Of a stretch of 64,000 bases of DNA, positions 36,028 through 48,363 are shown piece by piece. Source of the DNA: Pristiophorus japonicus (lineage: Eukaryota). Numbering within the stretch: the stretch's first letter is position 1; the number at the start of each line of letters is the position of its first letter. The stretch covers positions 6,076,001 through 6,140,000 of the forward strand of contig NC_092000.1 in NCBI RefSeq assembly GCF_044704955.1, given 5' to 3'. The notes beneath the pieces were generated by a model. The model saw nothing but the letters and a program-made list of their open reading frames with translations. It was not told the origin of the DNA and did not search any database. A program made the translations under genes and the position numbers.

Positions 36028-36399
36028 GTATCAAAATAAAATAACGATGGACACTGTAGTTGTAAGTCCTACTTCAATGCTGAACGGAGTGTTGCAATAT
36101 CAACCTGCATTTATTTATAATCAACAACCCCAGTCTGCTGAATTCAGCTGGCAGCTGAGCCAAGCTGACACCCATGACGTTGTGATCATCGAATAATAAA
36201 GCTCAGGAGGCCATTCAGCCCATTGTGCCTCTTTCGTAGAGCTATCCAATTGGTCCTACGCCCCTGCGCTTTCCCCATAGTCCGGCAAAAAAAAATGCCC
36301 TTCAAGTATTTACCGAATTCGCTATTGAAGGTTACTATTTAATCTGCTTCCACCGCCCTTTCAGGCAGTACACTGATGCAACGTGTCTCCGTTCACCCC

Positions 36400-37672
36400 A
36401 TCAGCTGTGGCTCAGTGGGTAGCACCCTTGCCTCCTGGAGACTTGAGCATAAAACGAGAGTTGCACTGTCGGAGGGGCAGTACTGAGGGAGCGCCGCACT
36501 GTCGGAGGGGCAGTACTGAGGGAGCGCCGCACTGTCAGGGGGAGCAGTACTGAGGGAGTGCCGCACTGTCAGGGGGGGCAGTACTGAGGGAGAGCCGCAC
36601 TGTCGGAGGGGCAGTACTGAGGGAGTGCCGCACTGTCGGAGGGGCAGTACTGAGGGAGCGCTGCACTGGCAGAGGGGCAGTACTGAGGGAGTGCCGCACT
36701 GTCAGGGGGGGCAGTACTGAGGGAGTGCTGCACTGTCGGAGGGGCAGTGCTGAGGGAGAGCCGCACTGTCGGAGGGGCAGTGCTGAGGGAGCGCCGCACT
36801 GTTGGAGGGGCAGTACTGAGGGAGCGCCGCACTGTCGGAGGGGCAGTACTGAGGGAGTGCTGCACTGTCGGAGGGGCAGTACTGAGGGAGCGCCGCACTG
36901 TCGGAGGGGCAGTACTGAGGGAGTGCCGCACTGTCGGGGGGGCAGTGCTGAGGGAGCGCCGCACTGTCAGGGGGGGCAGTACTGAGGGAGCGCCGCACTG
37001 TCGGGGGGGCAGTGCTGAGGGAGCGCCGCACTGTCAGGGGGGGCAGTACTGAGGGAGCGCCGCACTGTCAGGGAGGGCAGTACTGAGGGAGCGCCGCACT
37101 GTCGGAGGGGCAGTACTGAGGGAGCGCCGCACTGTCAGGGGGGGCAGTACTGAGGGAGCGCCGCACTGTCGGAGGGGCAGTACTGAGGGAGTGCCACACT
37201 GTCGGAGGGGCAGTACTGAGGGAGCGCCGCACTGTCGGAGGGGCAGTACTGAGGGAGTGCCGCACTGTCGGAGGGGCAGTACTGAGGGAGTGCCGCACTG
37301 TCGGAGGGGCAGTACTGAGGGATCGGCGTACTGTCGGAGGGGCAGTACTGAGGGAGCGCCGCACTGTCGGAGGGGCAGTACTGAGGGAGCGCCGCACTGT
37401 CGGAGGGGCAGTAAAATATCCCACGGCATTATTTCGAAGAAGAGCAGGGGAGTTATCCCCGGTGTCCTGGGGCCAATATTTATCCCTCAACCAACATCAC
37501 TAAAACAGATTATCTGGTCATTATCACATTGCTGTGTGTGGGAGCTTGCTGTGCGCACAGTGGCGTTTTCTACAAGTGACGACACTCCAAAAAAACAAGT
37601 CCCTGATTGGCTGTAAAGCGCTTTGGGACATGCAGAGGATGGGAAAGGGCGCTATATAAATGCAAGTCTTGC
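36400..37672 (+). mobile_element. SacSINE1-like SINE with a 33/34-bp array (~28 units, 36463-37412) in the putative UBL5 intron 1
   Basis: Head at 36400 and tail at 37670. SINE sequence is deleted on both sides of the array. Confidence 0.9.
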
Positions 37673-37792
37673 TTTAATGCTCCCAGGGCCCTGAACACCA
37701 GGAATTATGTCAACACGGTCCAGAACATTCTGTATATGTGTTTTATTTGATGTTATTTGTGAATGGGAGCCGGGCTGCCCAATGCCACTCAC

Positions 37793-37845
37793 CTCCTGTT
37801 GCTCCAACTCCTCAGGATGGCTTCACCCTGACAACAGCGACTAGG
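37793..37845 (-). other. UBL5: Putative non-coding exon 1 of UBL5 (5' end approximate)
   Basis: Consensus donor GAG|GTGAGT at the edge of the CpG island, next to GC and CCAAT boxes. Confidence 0.65.
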
Positions 37846-37849
37846 CCGC

Positions 37850-38987
37850 AGTCCCCGTGTCCCCGCCCCCTCCCCCCACTGATGGACAGCCGGGCCAGCC
37901 AATCGCACACCGTGCTTCCATTGATTGACATCATCCCGCCCCGCCCGGCCGGCCAATCAAGGCGACGCCGCCCACGCCGGGCGGAGCGGACCAATCCAAC
38001 GCCGCTGCTTCCCTGATTGATGCCCCTCTGCCGACCAATCAACGCGTCGCGCTCAATCAAAGCCCGCCCACTCACTCATCGCTTCATTTCGAGGAGCAGT
38101 TTCTTTAAACATAAAAAATATTTGAAAACACCGATTACAGCGCTGCAACTTGCCGAGATAATTTTAGTAATAGTTTCTCCTGTTGAATCAAGCATCAGAA
38201 AGGTTGGAAAATGAGATTAAGGCGCACCCCAATGGATACACGTGAAAATAAGGTGGAAAAAATAAATCAAGGATCGTAAGGAACGCTTTGTTTCAGTATT
38301 TTTCATTTCCAGAATCCGCGCTATTTTGTTTTAACTGATATAAAAGTTTATTTTCTGCTGGACCGAATCAGTAACCCTGAATAACGCGCTGTTGTCATCC
38401 AATTCGGCTGCTCGGTGACAGACCATCTTCTCTTTGCACCAATCGCATCACCGGAATTGTGACTGACGTGCGGCATGTCCAATACAATTGGAGCCTTTCT
38501 CCCCGGAAGGCGGGGTTTGTCTCCAGGCAATTTCGCGGGCACGAAGCCAGATTGCGCGTCGGGGGGGGGGGGGTGGGTGGGACTTAGAAAAATGACCGAC
38601 ATCCATCCTGTCCAATCACCGTTTGGAGGGTGGTAAATGCATATGATAGACGTCGATGTCGCCCAATCACCTTGCGGAGAGAGAGAGGGGGGGGAGGGAC
38701 GGAGATTTACCAATGAGCGACGTCCGCCTTGTCCAATCAGCGCGTCACAGGGGGGCGGGCGGGAACATGACAAACGAGCACAGCGCGCCTCGTCCAATCA
38801 CCCACCGCGGGGCGGGACGTACGGACGAGTGACGTGCAGCTCATCCAATGGCGGTTGGAAATGGGCCTGACGGACGTGAGCCTCGACCAATGGGACGCCT
38901 GCGGGGGGGGGGGGTGGGGGCGGGGGAAAAGGCGGGCTGAAGTGTTGTCCGGTGGGCGGGCGGCCTCCCGCTTTAGTCGACGGCGCG
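37850..38987. promoter_or_regulatory. Divergent CpG-island promoter region for UBL5 and PIN1
   Basis: CpG-rich. 15 CCAAT on +, several GGGCGG/CCGCCC boxes, TGACGT at 38464 and 38830, CACGTG at 38239. Confidence 0.85.
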
Positions 38988-39045
38988 ATGGCCGAGGAGG
39001 AGCCCTTACCGTCCGGCTGGGAGAAGCGAATGAGCCGAAAGTCAG
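38988..39045 (+). CDS. PIN1: Peptidyl-prolyl isomerase PIN1, exon 1: MAEEEPLPSGWEKRMSRKS(G)
   Basis: WW-domain start, Kozak gcgATGG, CAG|gtaat donor, 58 nt. Confidence 0.96.
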
Positions 39046-39046
39046 G

Positions 39047-39348
39047 TAATAATAATAATAATAATAATTAATGATGATGATGAAAACGTAAACAAAAATT
39101 TAAAAAAAAATGGTTTAAAAAAAAAAAATGTTTTTACCTCATGGGGGGGGAAAAAAAAACAAAAAGATGTCGCAGTTTTTGGGGGAGGCCGGGCCTGAAA
39201 AGCCTCGCCTCAGATTTGTTGCTGCCTTCTGCCCCCCCACAACACACACACACACACACACACTCCCAGGCAGAGCTGGGGCTTCCCTCAGCCCAGGGGG
39301 AAGGAAGGGCAGCACAGAGCTTCTTTGTCACGGGGGGGGGGGGGGGGC
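39047..39348. repeat. Microsatellites (AAT)n, (GAT)n, poly-A, (CA)n and poly-G at the start of PIN1 intron 1
   Basis: Directly visible. Confidence 0.85.
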
Positions 39349-39758
39349 TTGTATTCAGTGGAATTTAGAAGGATGAGAGGGGATCTCATAGAAACATATA
39401 AAATTCCGGACAGGTTAGAGGCAGGAAGAATGTTCCCGATGTTGGGGAAGTCCAGAACCAGGGGACACAGTCTTGGAATAAGGGGTCGGCCATTTAGGAC
39501 CGAGATGAGGAGAAACTTCTTCACTCAAGAGAGAATGGTGAACCTGTGGAATTCTCTACCGCAGAGAGTTGTTGGGGCCGGTTCGTTAGATATATTCAAA
39601 AGGGAGTTAGATGTGACCGTTACGGTTAAAGGGATCCAAGGGGGTATGGAGAGAAAGCAGGAATGGGGTACTGAAGTTGAATGATCAGCCATGATCATAT
39701 TGAATGGTGGTGCAGGCTCGAAGGGCTGAATGGTCTACTCCTGCACCTATTTTCTATG
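39349..39758 (+). mobile_element. CR1 3' fragment
   Basis: LYSVEFRRMRGDLIETYKI, plus tail. Confidence 0.88.
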
Positions 39759-39759
39759 A

Positions 39760-40155
39760 GACGCCCAAAGCAAAGCGCTAGACCTCGGAGCTCCAGCACG
39801 GCAAGCGAGCCCCCAAAGTGGGCAGAGGAAAGGTTACAAGAACACCCTCAAAGCCTTCTCTGATAAAGTGCAACATACCCAACGACACCTGGGAGTCCCT
39901 GGTCCAAAGACCAGTCTGCCCTAAGTGGAGGAAGTGCTTCCAGGAGGGTGCTGAGCACCTCAAGTCTCATCGCCGAGAGCATGCAGAAACCAAACGCAGG
40001 CAGCAGAAGGAGCGTGCGGCAAACCAGTCCCACCCATCCTTTCCCTCAACCACTGTCTGTCCCACCTGTGAGAGACTGTGGTTCTCGTATTGGACTGTTC
40101 AGCAACCTAAGGACTCATTTTTAGAGAGGAAGCAAGTCTTCCTCGATTTCAAGGG
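39760..40155 (+). mobile_element. RTE LINE 3' fragment
   Basis: KCNIPNDTWESL...CPTC and the RTE terminal motif GGAAGCAAGTCTTCCTCG. Confidence 0.85.
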
Positions 40156-40692
40156 ACATAAAAAGATAGAAAATAGGAGCAGTAGTCGGCCATTCGGCCC
40201 TTGGAGTCTGTCTGCACCGCCATTCACTATGATCATGACTGATCCTCTATCTCAACACCATATTCCTGCTTTCTCCCCAAACCCCTTGATGTCTTTTGTT
40301 TCTAGAAATCTATCTATCTCCCTCTTAAATATATTCAGTAACTTGGCCTCCACAGCCTTCTGTGGTAGAGAATTCCACAGGTTCACCACCCTCTGAGTGA
40401 AAACATTTCTCCTCATCTCGGTCCTAAATTTCCTGCCCCGTATACTGAGACTGTGATCCCTTGTTCTAGACTTCCCAGCCCGGGGAAACATCCTCCCCGC
40501 ATCCAGTCTGTCCAACCCCGTCAGAATTTTATCCCCTCTCATTCTTCTAAACTCTAGTGAATACAGGCCGAGTCGACCCAATCTCTCCTCATACGACAGT
40601 CCTGCCATCCCAGGAATCAGTCTGATGTACCTTCGCTGCACTCTCTCTATGGCAAGTATATCCTTTCTTTGGTAAGGAGACCAAAACTGCAC
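40156..40692 (-). mobile_element. CR1 3' fragment
   Basis: 146-aa RT C-terminal ORF at 40252-40692. Confidence 0.88.
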
Positions 40693-41134
40693 TGCCTATG
40701 ATGATGAGAGCCTCGCCTCGTGTTTCTTACCTTCTCTCCCCTCTCTCTTTCCCCCCTCCCCTCCCACACGCGTATGGAGGCGCTTCCCTCAGTCCAGGGG
40801 CAGCACGGGCCAGCCCACACTGCGATACGTGTGCGCACTTGGTCCGTGCAGCAGAGCCGGTCTCCAGTCGTCTTGGTTAATCCTTGCCTCTGTCAAGCCC
40901 GTGTGGTGGCTGGTGTGCAACGACCACCCCACGTTAATAAAATCCATGCACAGGCATCTTCCACTCTTACGGATGTAGTTCTGGATCTGGAATATTTGGT
41001 CCTTCATTGAAACACCAGGGAACTCATCCCTTTTTGGTGTAGAAGCAAGTTATCCTCGATACGAGGGACTGCCTAAGAAGCCCGGGAACTAATGATCTAC
41101 ATTTTTAAAATTCAGTTTATTGAATAATTTTTCC

Positions 41135-42090
41135 AGAAACATAGAAAATAGGTGCAGGAATAGGCCATTCGACCCTTCGAGCCAGTGCCACCATTCAATA
41201 AGATCATGGCTGATCATTCCCTCAGTACCTCTTTCCTGCTTTCTCTCCTTACTCCTTGATCCCTTTAGCCGTAAGGGCCATATCTAACTCCCTCTTGAAT
41301 ATATTCAATGAACTAGCCTCAACAACTCTCTGCGGCAGGGAATTCCACAGGTTAACAACTCTCTGAGTGAAGAAGTTTCTCCTCATCTCAGTCCTAAATG
41401 GCTTACCCCTTATCCTAAGACTGTGTCCCCTGGTTCTGGACTTCCCCAACATCGGGAACATTCTACCCGCATCTAACCTGTGCCGTCCCGTCAGAATCTT
41501 ATATGTTTCTATGAGATCCCCTTTCATCCTTCTAAACTCCAATGTATAAAGGCCCAATTAATCCAGTCTCTCCTCATATGTCAGTCCAGCCATCCCAGGA
41601 ATCAGTCTGGTGAACCTTCGTTGCACTCCCTCAATAGCAAGAACAACCTTCCTCAGATTAGGAGACCAAAACTGAACACAATATTCCAGGTGAGGCCTCA
41701 CTAAGGCCCTGTACAACTGCTCCTATACTCAAATCCCCTAGCTATGAAGGCCAACATACCATTTGCCGCCTTCACCGCTGCTGTACCTGTATGCCAACTT
41801 TCAATGACTGATGAACCATGACACCCAGGTCTCGTTGCACCTCCCCTTTTCCTAATCTGCCGCCATTCAGATAATATTCTGTCTTCGCGTTTTTGCCCCC
41901 AAAGTGGATAACCTCACATTTATCCACATTATACTGCATCTGCCATGTATTTGCCCACTCTCCAAGTCACCCTGCAGCCTCTTAGCATCCTCCTCACAGT
42001 TCACACCGCCAAGTTTAGTGTCATCTGCAAAATTGGAGCTATTACACTCAATTCCTTCATCCAAATCATTGATGTATGTTGTAAAGAGCT
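41135..42090 (-). mobile_element. CR1 3' fragment
   Basis: FADDTKLGG and C-terminal ORFs, plus tail. Confidence 0.9.
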
Positions 42091-42929
42091 ATTATCAGTA
42101 ATGGTGACCGTGTGAAACTACCGGATTGTTTCATTTAAAAAAAAAAACAACCCCCATCTATCTGGTTCGCGAACGTCCTTTGTTTTAAGGGAAGGCAATC
42201 TATCGTCTTTAACCTGGTCTGGCTGTCGCATGTTAAAACCCATCTCTTTTTACCGAGCTTTGGTTCGCCTCTCCAAATATTTCATTCCGTGGCTGCTTGT
42301 CAACATTTGCCTGGTTTACATTTCTGTGACGTGCCTTGAGATATTTCACTGCCTTTAAGGCGCTATATAAATACAAATTGTTGTGACTCCAGACCCGCAG
42401 CAGTGTGGTTGACTCTGAACTCCCGCCCCAACGGCACTGTGGAAGCACCTTTACCACAAGGGCTGCAGCGGTTTAAGAAGGCGGCTCACCACCATCGCCC
42501 GCATCCTAGGAATGAATAATTCAAAGAAAATCTGAAGCCCCTCAATTTAGATTCCAGCCTGTAAATCTCTCCCACATCATACCCATTATTCTCGATTTTA
42601 TATAATGAAATCTGCCGTCCTTACCGGCCTATATGTGACTCCAGACCCACAGCAATGTGGTTGACTCTTAACTGTCCCTCTAAAATGGCCGAGCAAACCA
42701 CCCAGTTGTCGAGAAGGTGGCTCACCGCCACCTCGAGGGTAATTGGGGATGGCAATAAATACCAGTGATACCCGCATCCCGTGAAAGAATAAAAATAAAA
42801 CCTCGAGGTCCACTTTACAGGAAACGATGTGATCGCACAAGGGAGAGGGTCCAGAGGAGACTTACCAGAATGTTGGAGAATTTTAGCTACGAGGAAAGAT
42901 TAGATAGACTGAAATTGGATAGAAAGAAT

Positions 42930-43840
42930 GACTTGTATTTCTATTGTGCCTTTCACCACCCTCAGGATGTCCCGAGGCGCTTTACGGCCACTTTCTGAAA
43001 TGTAGTCACTTGTAATGCTCCAGCAAACAGCAATGTGATAATGACCAGGTCATCAGTTTTTTAGTGATGAATATTGGCCAGGGAGAACTCCCCCTGATCC
43101 AGTGCAGTACTGGGAGCTCGGACGCATCAACGATAGCGTCCTCGATCAGGCCAACATCCCCAGCATTGAAGCAATGACTACACTCGACCAGCTCTGCTGG
43201 GCGGGCCACATTGTCCGCATGCCTGACACAAGACTCCCAAAGCAAGCGCTCTACTCGGAACTCCTACACGGCAAGCGAGCCCCAGGTGGGCAGAGGAAAT
43301 GTTTGAAGGACACCTTCAAAACCTTCCTGATAAAGTGCAACATCCCCATTGACACCTGGGAGTCCCTGGCCAAAGACCGCCCTAAGTGGAGGAATGCATC
43401 CGGGAGGGCGCTGAGCACCTCGAGTCTCATCGCTGAGAGCATGCGGCAAACCAATCACACCCAACCTTTCCTTCAACGACTGTCTGTCCCACCTGTGACA
43501 GAGTCTGTAGCTCTCGTATTGGACTGTTCAGTCACCTAAGAACTCACTTTTAGAGTGGAAGCAAGTCTTCCTCGATTTCGAGGAACTGCCTATGATGATG
43601 ACTAAGGGAGCGCTGCATTGTCAGAGGTGTCGTCGTTCGGATGGGACCAAGGCCCCATAGGATCTTTTACATCCACCTGAGAAAGCAGACCGGGCCTTGG
43701 TTTAATATCTTGCAGTGCAGCAGTCCGAGTACTGTGCTGGAGTGTCAGCCTAGATTTCTGTGCTCCAGTCTCTAGAGTGGGACTCGAACCCACAACCTTC
43801 TGACTCGGAGGTGAGAGTGCTACCCACAGAGCCACAGCTG
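42930..43840 (-). mobile_element. Rearranged SacSINE1-like SINE containing a + strand RTE fragment (43117-43602)
   Basis: SINE tail at 42930 and head at 43840. The RTE reads WAGHIVRMPDTRLPKQ and ends in an (ATG)n tail. Confidence 0.75.
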
Positions 43841-44644
43841 AAAAGGCATTTACGAGGATGTTGTCGGGACTGCAGAATTGTAGCTATGAGGAAAGATTGG
43901 ATAAGCTGGGGTTGTTTTCTTTGGAACAGAGGAGGCTAAGGGAAGATTTAATTGAGGTGTATAAAATTACGAGGAGCGCCGATAGAGTGGATAGGAAGGG
44001 CCTATTTCCCTTAGCAGAGGGGTCAATAACTGGGGGGCATAGATTTAAATAATTGGTAGAAGGATTAGAGGGGAGTTGAGAACTTTTTTCATCCACAGGG
44101 TGGTGGGGGACTGGAACTCACTGCCTGAAAGGATGGTAGAGGCAGAAACCCTCACCACATTTTGAAAAGTACTTGGATATGCACGTGAAGTGCCGTAACC
44201 TACAGGGCTACAGACCTAGATCTGGAAAGTGGGATTAGGCTGGATAGCTCTTTTTCCGGCCTGCATAGACATGCTGGGCTGAATGGCCACCACCTGTGCT
44301 GTAAATTTCTCTGAGGCAACCCACTCGCACCCCCACACACACACACGGCCCATATTCGTGCATGGGTTTATAGGATTTATTGCCAACATCAATTCCTGAG
44401 ATACACAACAGGCCAGCTGCCACCTGAAAGAAAAAAGGGAGCATTGAACGTTTAGAGCACAGGGGGACGTCATGCAGTACATCATGTCCATGCTAGCCCT
44501 TTGTTAGAGCACTCTATAGTTAATTCCAAAGCCAAACAACAACTTGCATTTATATAGCTCCTTTTAATGTAGTAAAATGTCCCAAGTCACTTCACAGGAG
44601 CGATTTATAAATAAATAAATAAAAATTTGACACCGAGCCACATA

Positions 44645-45570
44645 AGGAGCAGGAGTCGGCCATTCGGCCCCTCGAGCCTGCTCCACCATTCAGTAAGATC
44701 ATGGCTGATCTTCGACCTCATCTCCACTTTCCCGCTCGATCTCCATATCCCTTGATGCCCCTAGACTCCAAAAATCTATCGATCTCAACCTTGAATGTAT
44801 TCAGAGACTCAGCATCCACAGCCCTCTGGGGTAGAGAATTCCAAAGGTTCACAAACAACTAAGAAATTTCTCCTCCTCTCAGCCCTAAATGGCTGACCCC
44901 TTATCCTGAGACTGTGACCCCTGGTTCTAGACTCCAGCCCGGATGAAACAACCTCTCAGCATCTACCCTGTCAATCCCCCTCGGAATCTTGTATGTTCCA
45001 ATTGGATCACACCTCATTCTTCTAAACTCCAGAGAATATATGCTCATTCGACTCAATCTCTGTAGGAACAGAGCCATGCTCGAGATAAGTTCTGCTCAGT
45101 TTACAATGCGAGCAGGGAGTTGCCTATGCTTCTCAGCAGTAGCGGATAGAGGAGAGGGGGGAGGGAGGGTTGTGGGGCCAGGGGCAATTAGAGATGGGGA
45201 GGGGGGGGGAGGCCGTGGAGGGATTTGAAAACAAGGATGAGAATTTTGAAATCAAGGTAACTGGGGTAACTTACCCAAATGCTCACTTAAAGAATGTTAG
45301 TATTTCCATTTGAGAAATAATGCGTCATTAAAATAATAATCACCCATGAATCCTATTGCCGGAGGGGTGGGGCAAGTTTGGATGCCGCGATGAGCAGAGG
45401 GTTCTGTGTTAACTGCAACTTTATCCCATCAGAATTTTATATGTTTCAGTACTCATTCTTCTAAACCCTCGGGAACATAGGCCCAGTCTACTCAATCTCT
45501 TCACGTAGGACAATCCCCATCGCAGGAATCAGTCTGGTGAACCTTCGTTGCATTCCCTCTATGGCAGGTA
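44645..45570 (-). mobile_element. CR1 3' fragments (44645-45060 and 45425-45570) mixed with L2 pieces
   Basis: Homology to other CR1 and L2 copies in the window. Confidence 0.7.
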
Positions 45571-47259
45571 TACCCATAAGGAGATATTAGGGCAGATGAC
45601 CCCTCCCCCCCGCACTCTCTTCCCATAATAACTGATTTCCATCCTTTGCTAACCTGGAACCCTTGAGACCGAATGCAGTACCCCTGCTGCCACATTGGCT
45701 GAGATCAGCTCACACAACAGACCCAATATCCTCCTGTGCTTCAAATGGCTGCTCCAGCATTCCTCGGCATAAAGGAATCTCTCCAAACCTTTCTCTCGCT
45801 TTGGGTGAGATTTTAAATGGGTTACCCCTGGTTACTAATTCCAGAAATCAGTGGAGACAGTCTGTTCTTTATCAAAACCCTTCGTACTTTAAAAAAATCT
45901 GAATTAAATCTCTCCATAGCCTTTTCTGCTCCAATTCTGTTACTGGTGATGGTCCTTTTTATTGCATTTTCTGTTTTTCACCCCAGATTTCCACCGCTGT
46001 AACTTTCTATTTATAGACAGAGATAATATATATTTAAGCTTTACAGGGTTGCTGTGACAACAGGGAAAGAGTCAAATTGATTTACTGCAGGAGACGCTCT
46101 TCATTTGCCTCCCAACACACCCACTCGAAAATTGTCACCAACGATGTCTGATTTATACTGGCCAAAGTATTGGGTGTACAAGATGACGATGTGTGTGTCA
46201 CCCAGAGTGGTGGTGATGCAGGTTTTTGTCAGCTAATTGATTTCCCCCTCCCCTCTCACACAGCAAGTTAAAATCATTCCCTTCCTTGGGAATACTGGCT
46301 TTGTCTGACACTGAAGTGAGGAGATGTGTGGGGAGGTTCTCTGCACCTTTACTCGTGACTTCACGTCACTCGGTTAAAGATGCACAAACGCCATGTTGAC
46401 TCCTTTTCCAACTCGCTTTCCCTCACTCCACCCTCATAGAGTTGCTGTTCCGTTTGCTATAAGCTGACATTTCCAGCCTGTCAATCTACCCATAAAGGGA
46501 ATAGATGCACCCATTCCACAGATGTTTACAATCTTACCGGCAACAGTGTGATTTGCAAACTCGTATGCGATGTTTATCTGTGAAGCACCACAGCTTAGGC
46601 CAATCTGTCCTTGCCTGAAGTTCACACACATGCATTTCAAGCAGAAGTCGCTGAATCGTGATTCGCAGTGAGAGCAACTGATTCTCCCCCCCCCTTCACC
46701 AAACCTGGAACCATTGAAGCTGAATTTAGCACCTCCTGAGATCAGTTCACTCTACAGACCAGGAATCAGACCTGGAATCACTGGCCTGTACTGCTGTTAC
46801 ATACTGTACCAACTCAGCCACTGGGTGAGATGGATGCATTCCTTGTTATTTTTCTATCATTGCTGTGTACGATCCATTGAATTAAAATAAGGCTGCCTTA
46901 CTAAATGCATTTACCACCGCTCGCTATCACACTGCCAAACCTCCATGTTTCACTGTTGGTTAATGACCTCACTGTCTTGTGACCTCCATCTTAGATTAAA
47001 AGAATGTGAGAGTTACTGGCGAGTTTGTTGAATGATATTTTACAGTTCTTGAAATAAATGTTCTCCTTGCGCTGGAGATGGCAAAAAGACAAACTTGGCT
47101 TATAGAATCATAGAGATTTACAGCACGGAAGGAGCCATTTCGACCCATGGTGTTTGCGCCGGCCGACAAAGAACTACTCAGCCTAATCCCACTTTCCAGT
47201 ACTTGGTCCGTAGCCCTGTAGGGTGCGGCACTTCAAATGCATATCCAAGTACTTTTTAA

Positions 47260-48363
47260 GGCCCCAAGTTTCCACACGCGGCAAAACAGGTGCCCCTCCG
47301 AGCTGGGCGCCTGAAAAAAAACGCTATTCTCGAGCGCTTTGCAGCTCGATGTCAGCTTGGCGTGGCGCCCAGGGGGGCGGAGCCTACCACTCACGCCGAT
47401 TTTGTAAGTAGGAGGGGGTGGGTACCATTTAAATGAGTTTTTTTCGTGCCGGCAACCCTGCGCGTTGGAGCGTTCACGCACGCGCAGTGTGAAGGAAACA
47501 TTGGCACTCGGCCATTTTTGTAGTTCTTTGTAGCTGTTCAATTTTTAAAATTTTTTAATAAAACCACATCGCCCTTCCATGATCAGCACTGAGGCTTCTT
47601 GCAGCAGTGAGAAGGCTGCAGGAAGCCTCAGAGGTTGAGGCAGCCGTTTCCCGATGGGCCTGACCGACGGCAGGGGGGCCTCCCCGTCGGGAATGGCTGT
47701 CTCAACTTCTGAGGCTTCCTGCAGTCTTCTCACTGCCTCCCCCCCTGCTGCCGTCGGTCGGGCCCTCACTGCCCCCCCCCCCCCCCCCGCCGTCGGGAAT
47801 GGCTGCTGCTGTCGGTCGGGCCCTCACTGCCTCCCCACCCCACCCCTTGCTGTCGGGAACGGCTGCCTCAACTTGTGAGGCTTTCTACCTGCCTGAAGCA
47901 CTTTCACTCAGGTAGGAACATGGTTTATTTAATCTTTTCTTTGCTTATAAATGTTTATTCAGGTTGGAATTATTTGTATAAGTATAACTAAGGATTTATT
48001 GTAGAACGTAATGACTTCCCTCTCTTTTCCCCCCCCCCCCCAACCTCGTTCCGGACGCCTAATTTATAACCTACGCCTGATTTTTTTAATGTGTAGACAA
48101 GGTTTTTTCAGGCCTACAAAAATCTTCACTTCCTCCATTCTAAGTTAGTTTGGAGTACGTTTTCACTGTGTAAACTTTCAAATCAGGCGTCAGTGGCCGG
48201 ACACGCCCCCTTTTGAAAAAAAAATTCAGTTCCAAAGTGAAACTGTTCTACCTGACTAGAACTGCAGAAAACTTAAATGTGGAGAATTCTGGTTTCTAAG
48301 ATACTCCGTTCTCCACCAGTTGCTCCTAAAAATCAGGAGCAAATCATATGGAAACTTGGGGCC
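47260..48363. mobile_element. PIF/Harbinger-type non-autonomous DNA transposon (1104 bp) inserted in a CR1 3' end
   Basis: Perfect 15-bp TIR GGCCCCAAGTTTCCA. TAA TSD at 47257-47259 and 48364-48366. Confidence 0.9.
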
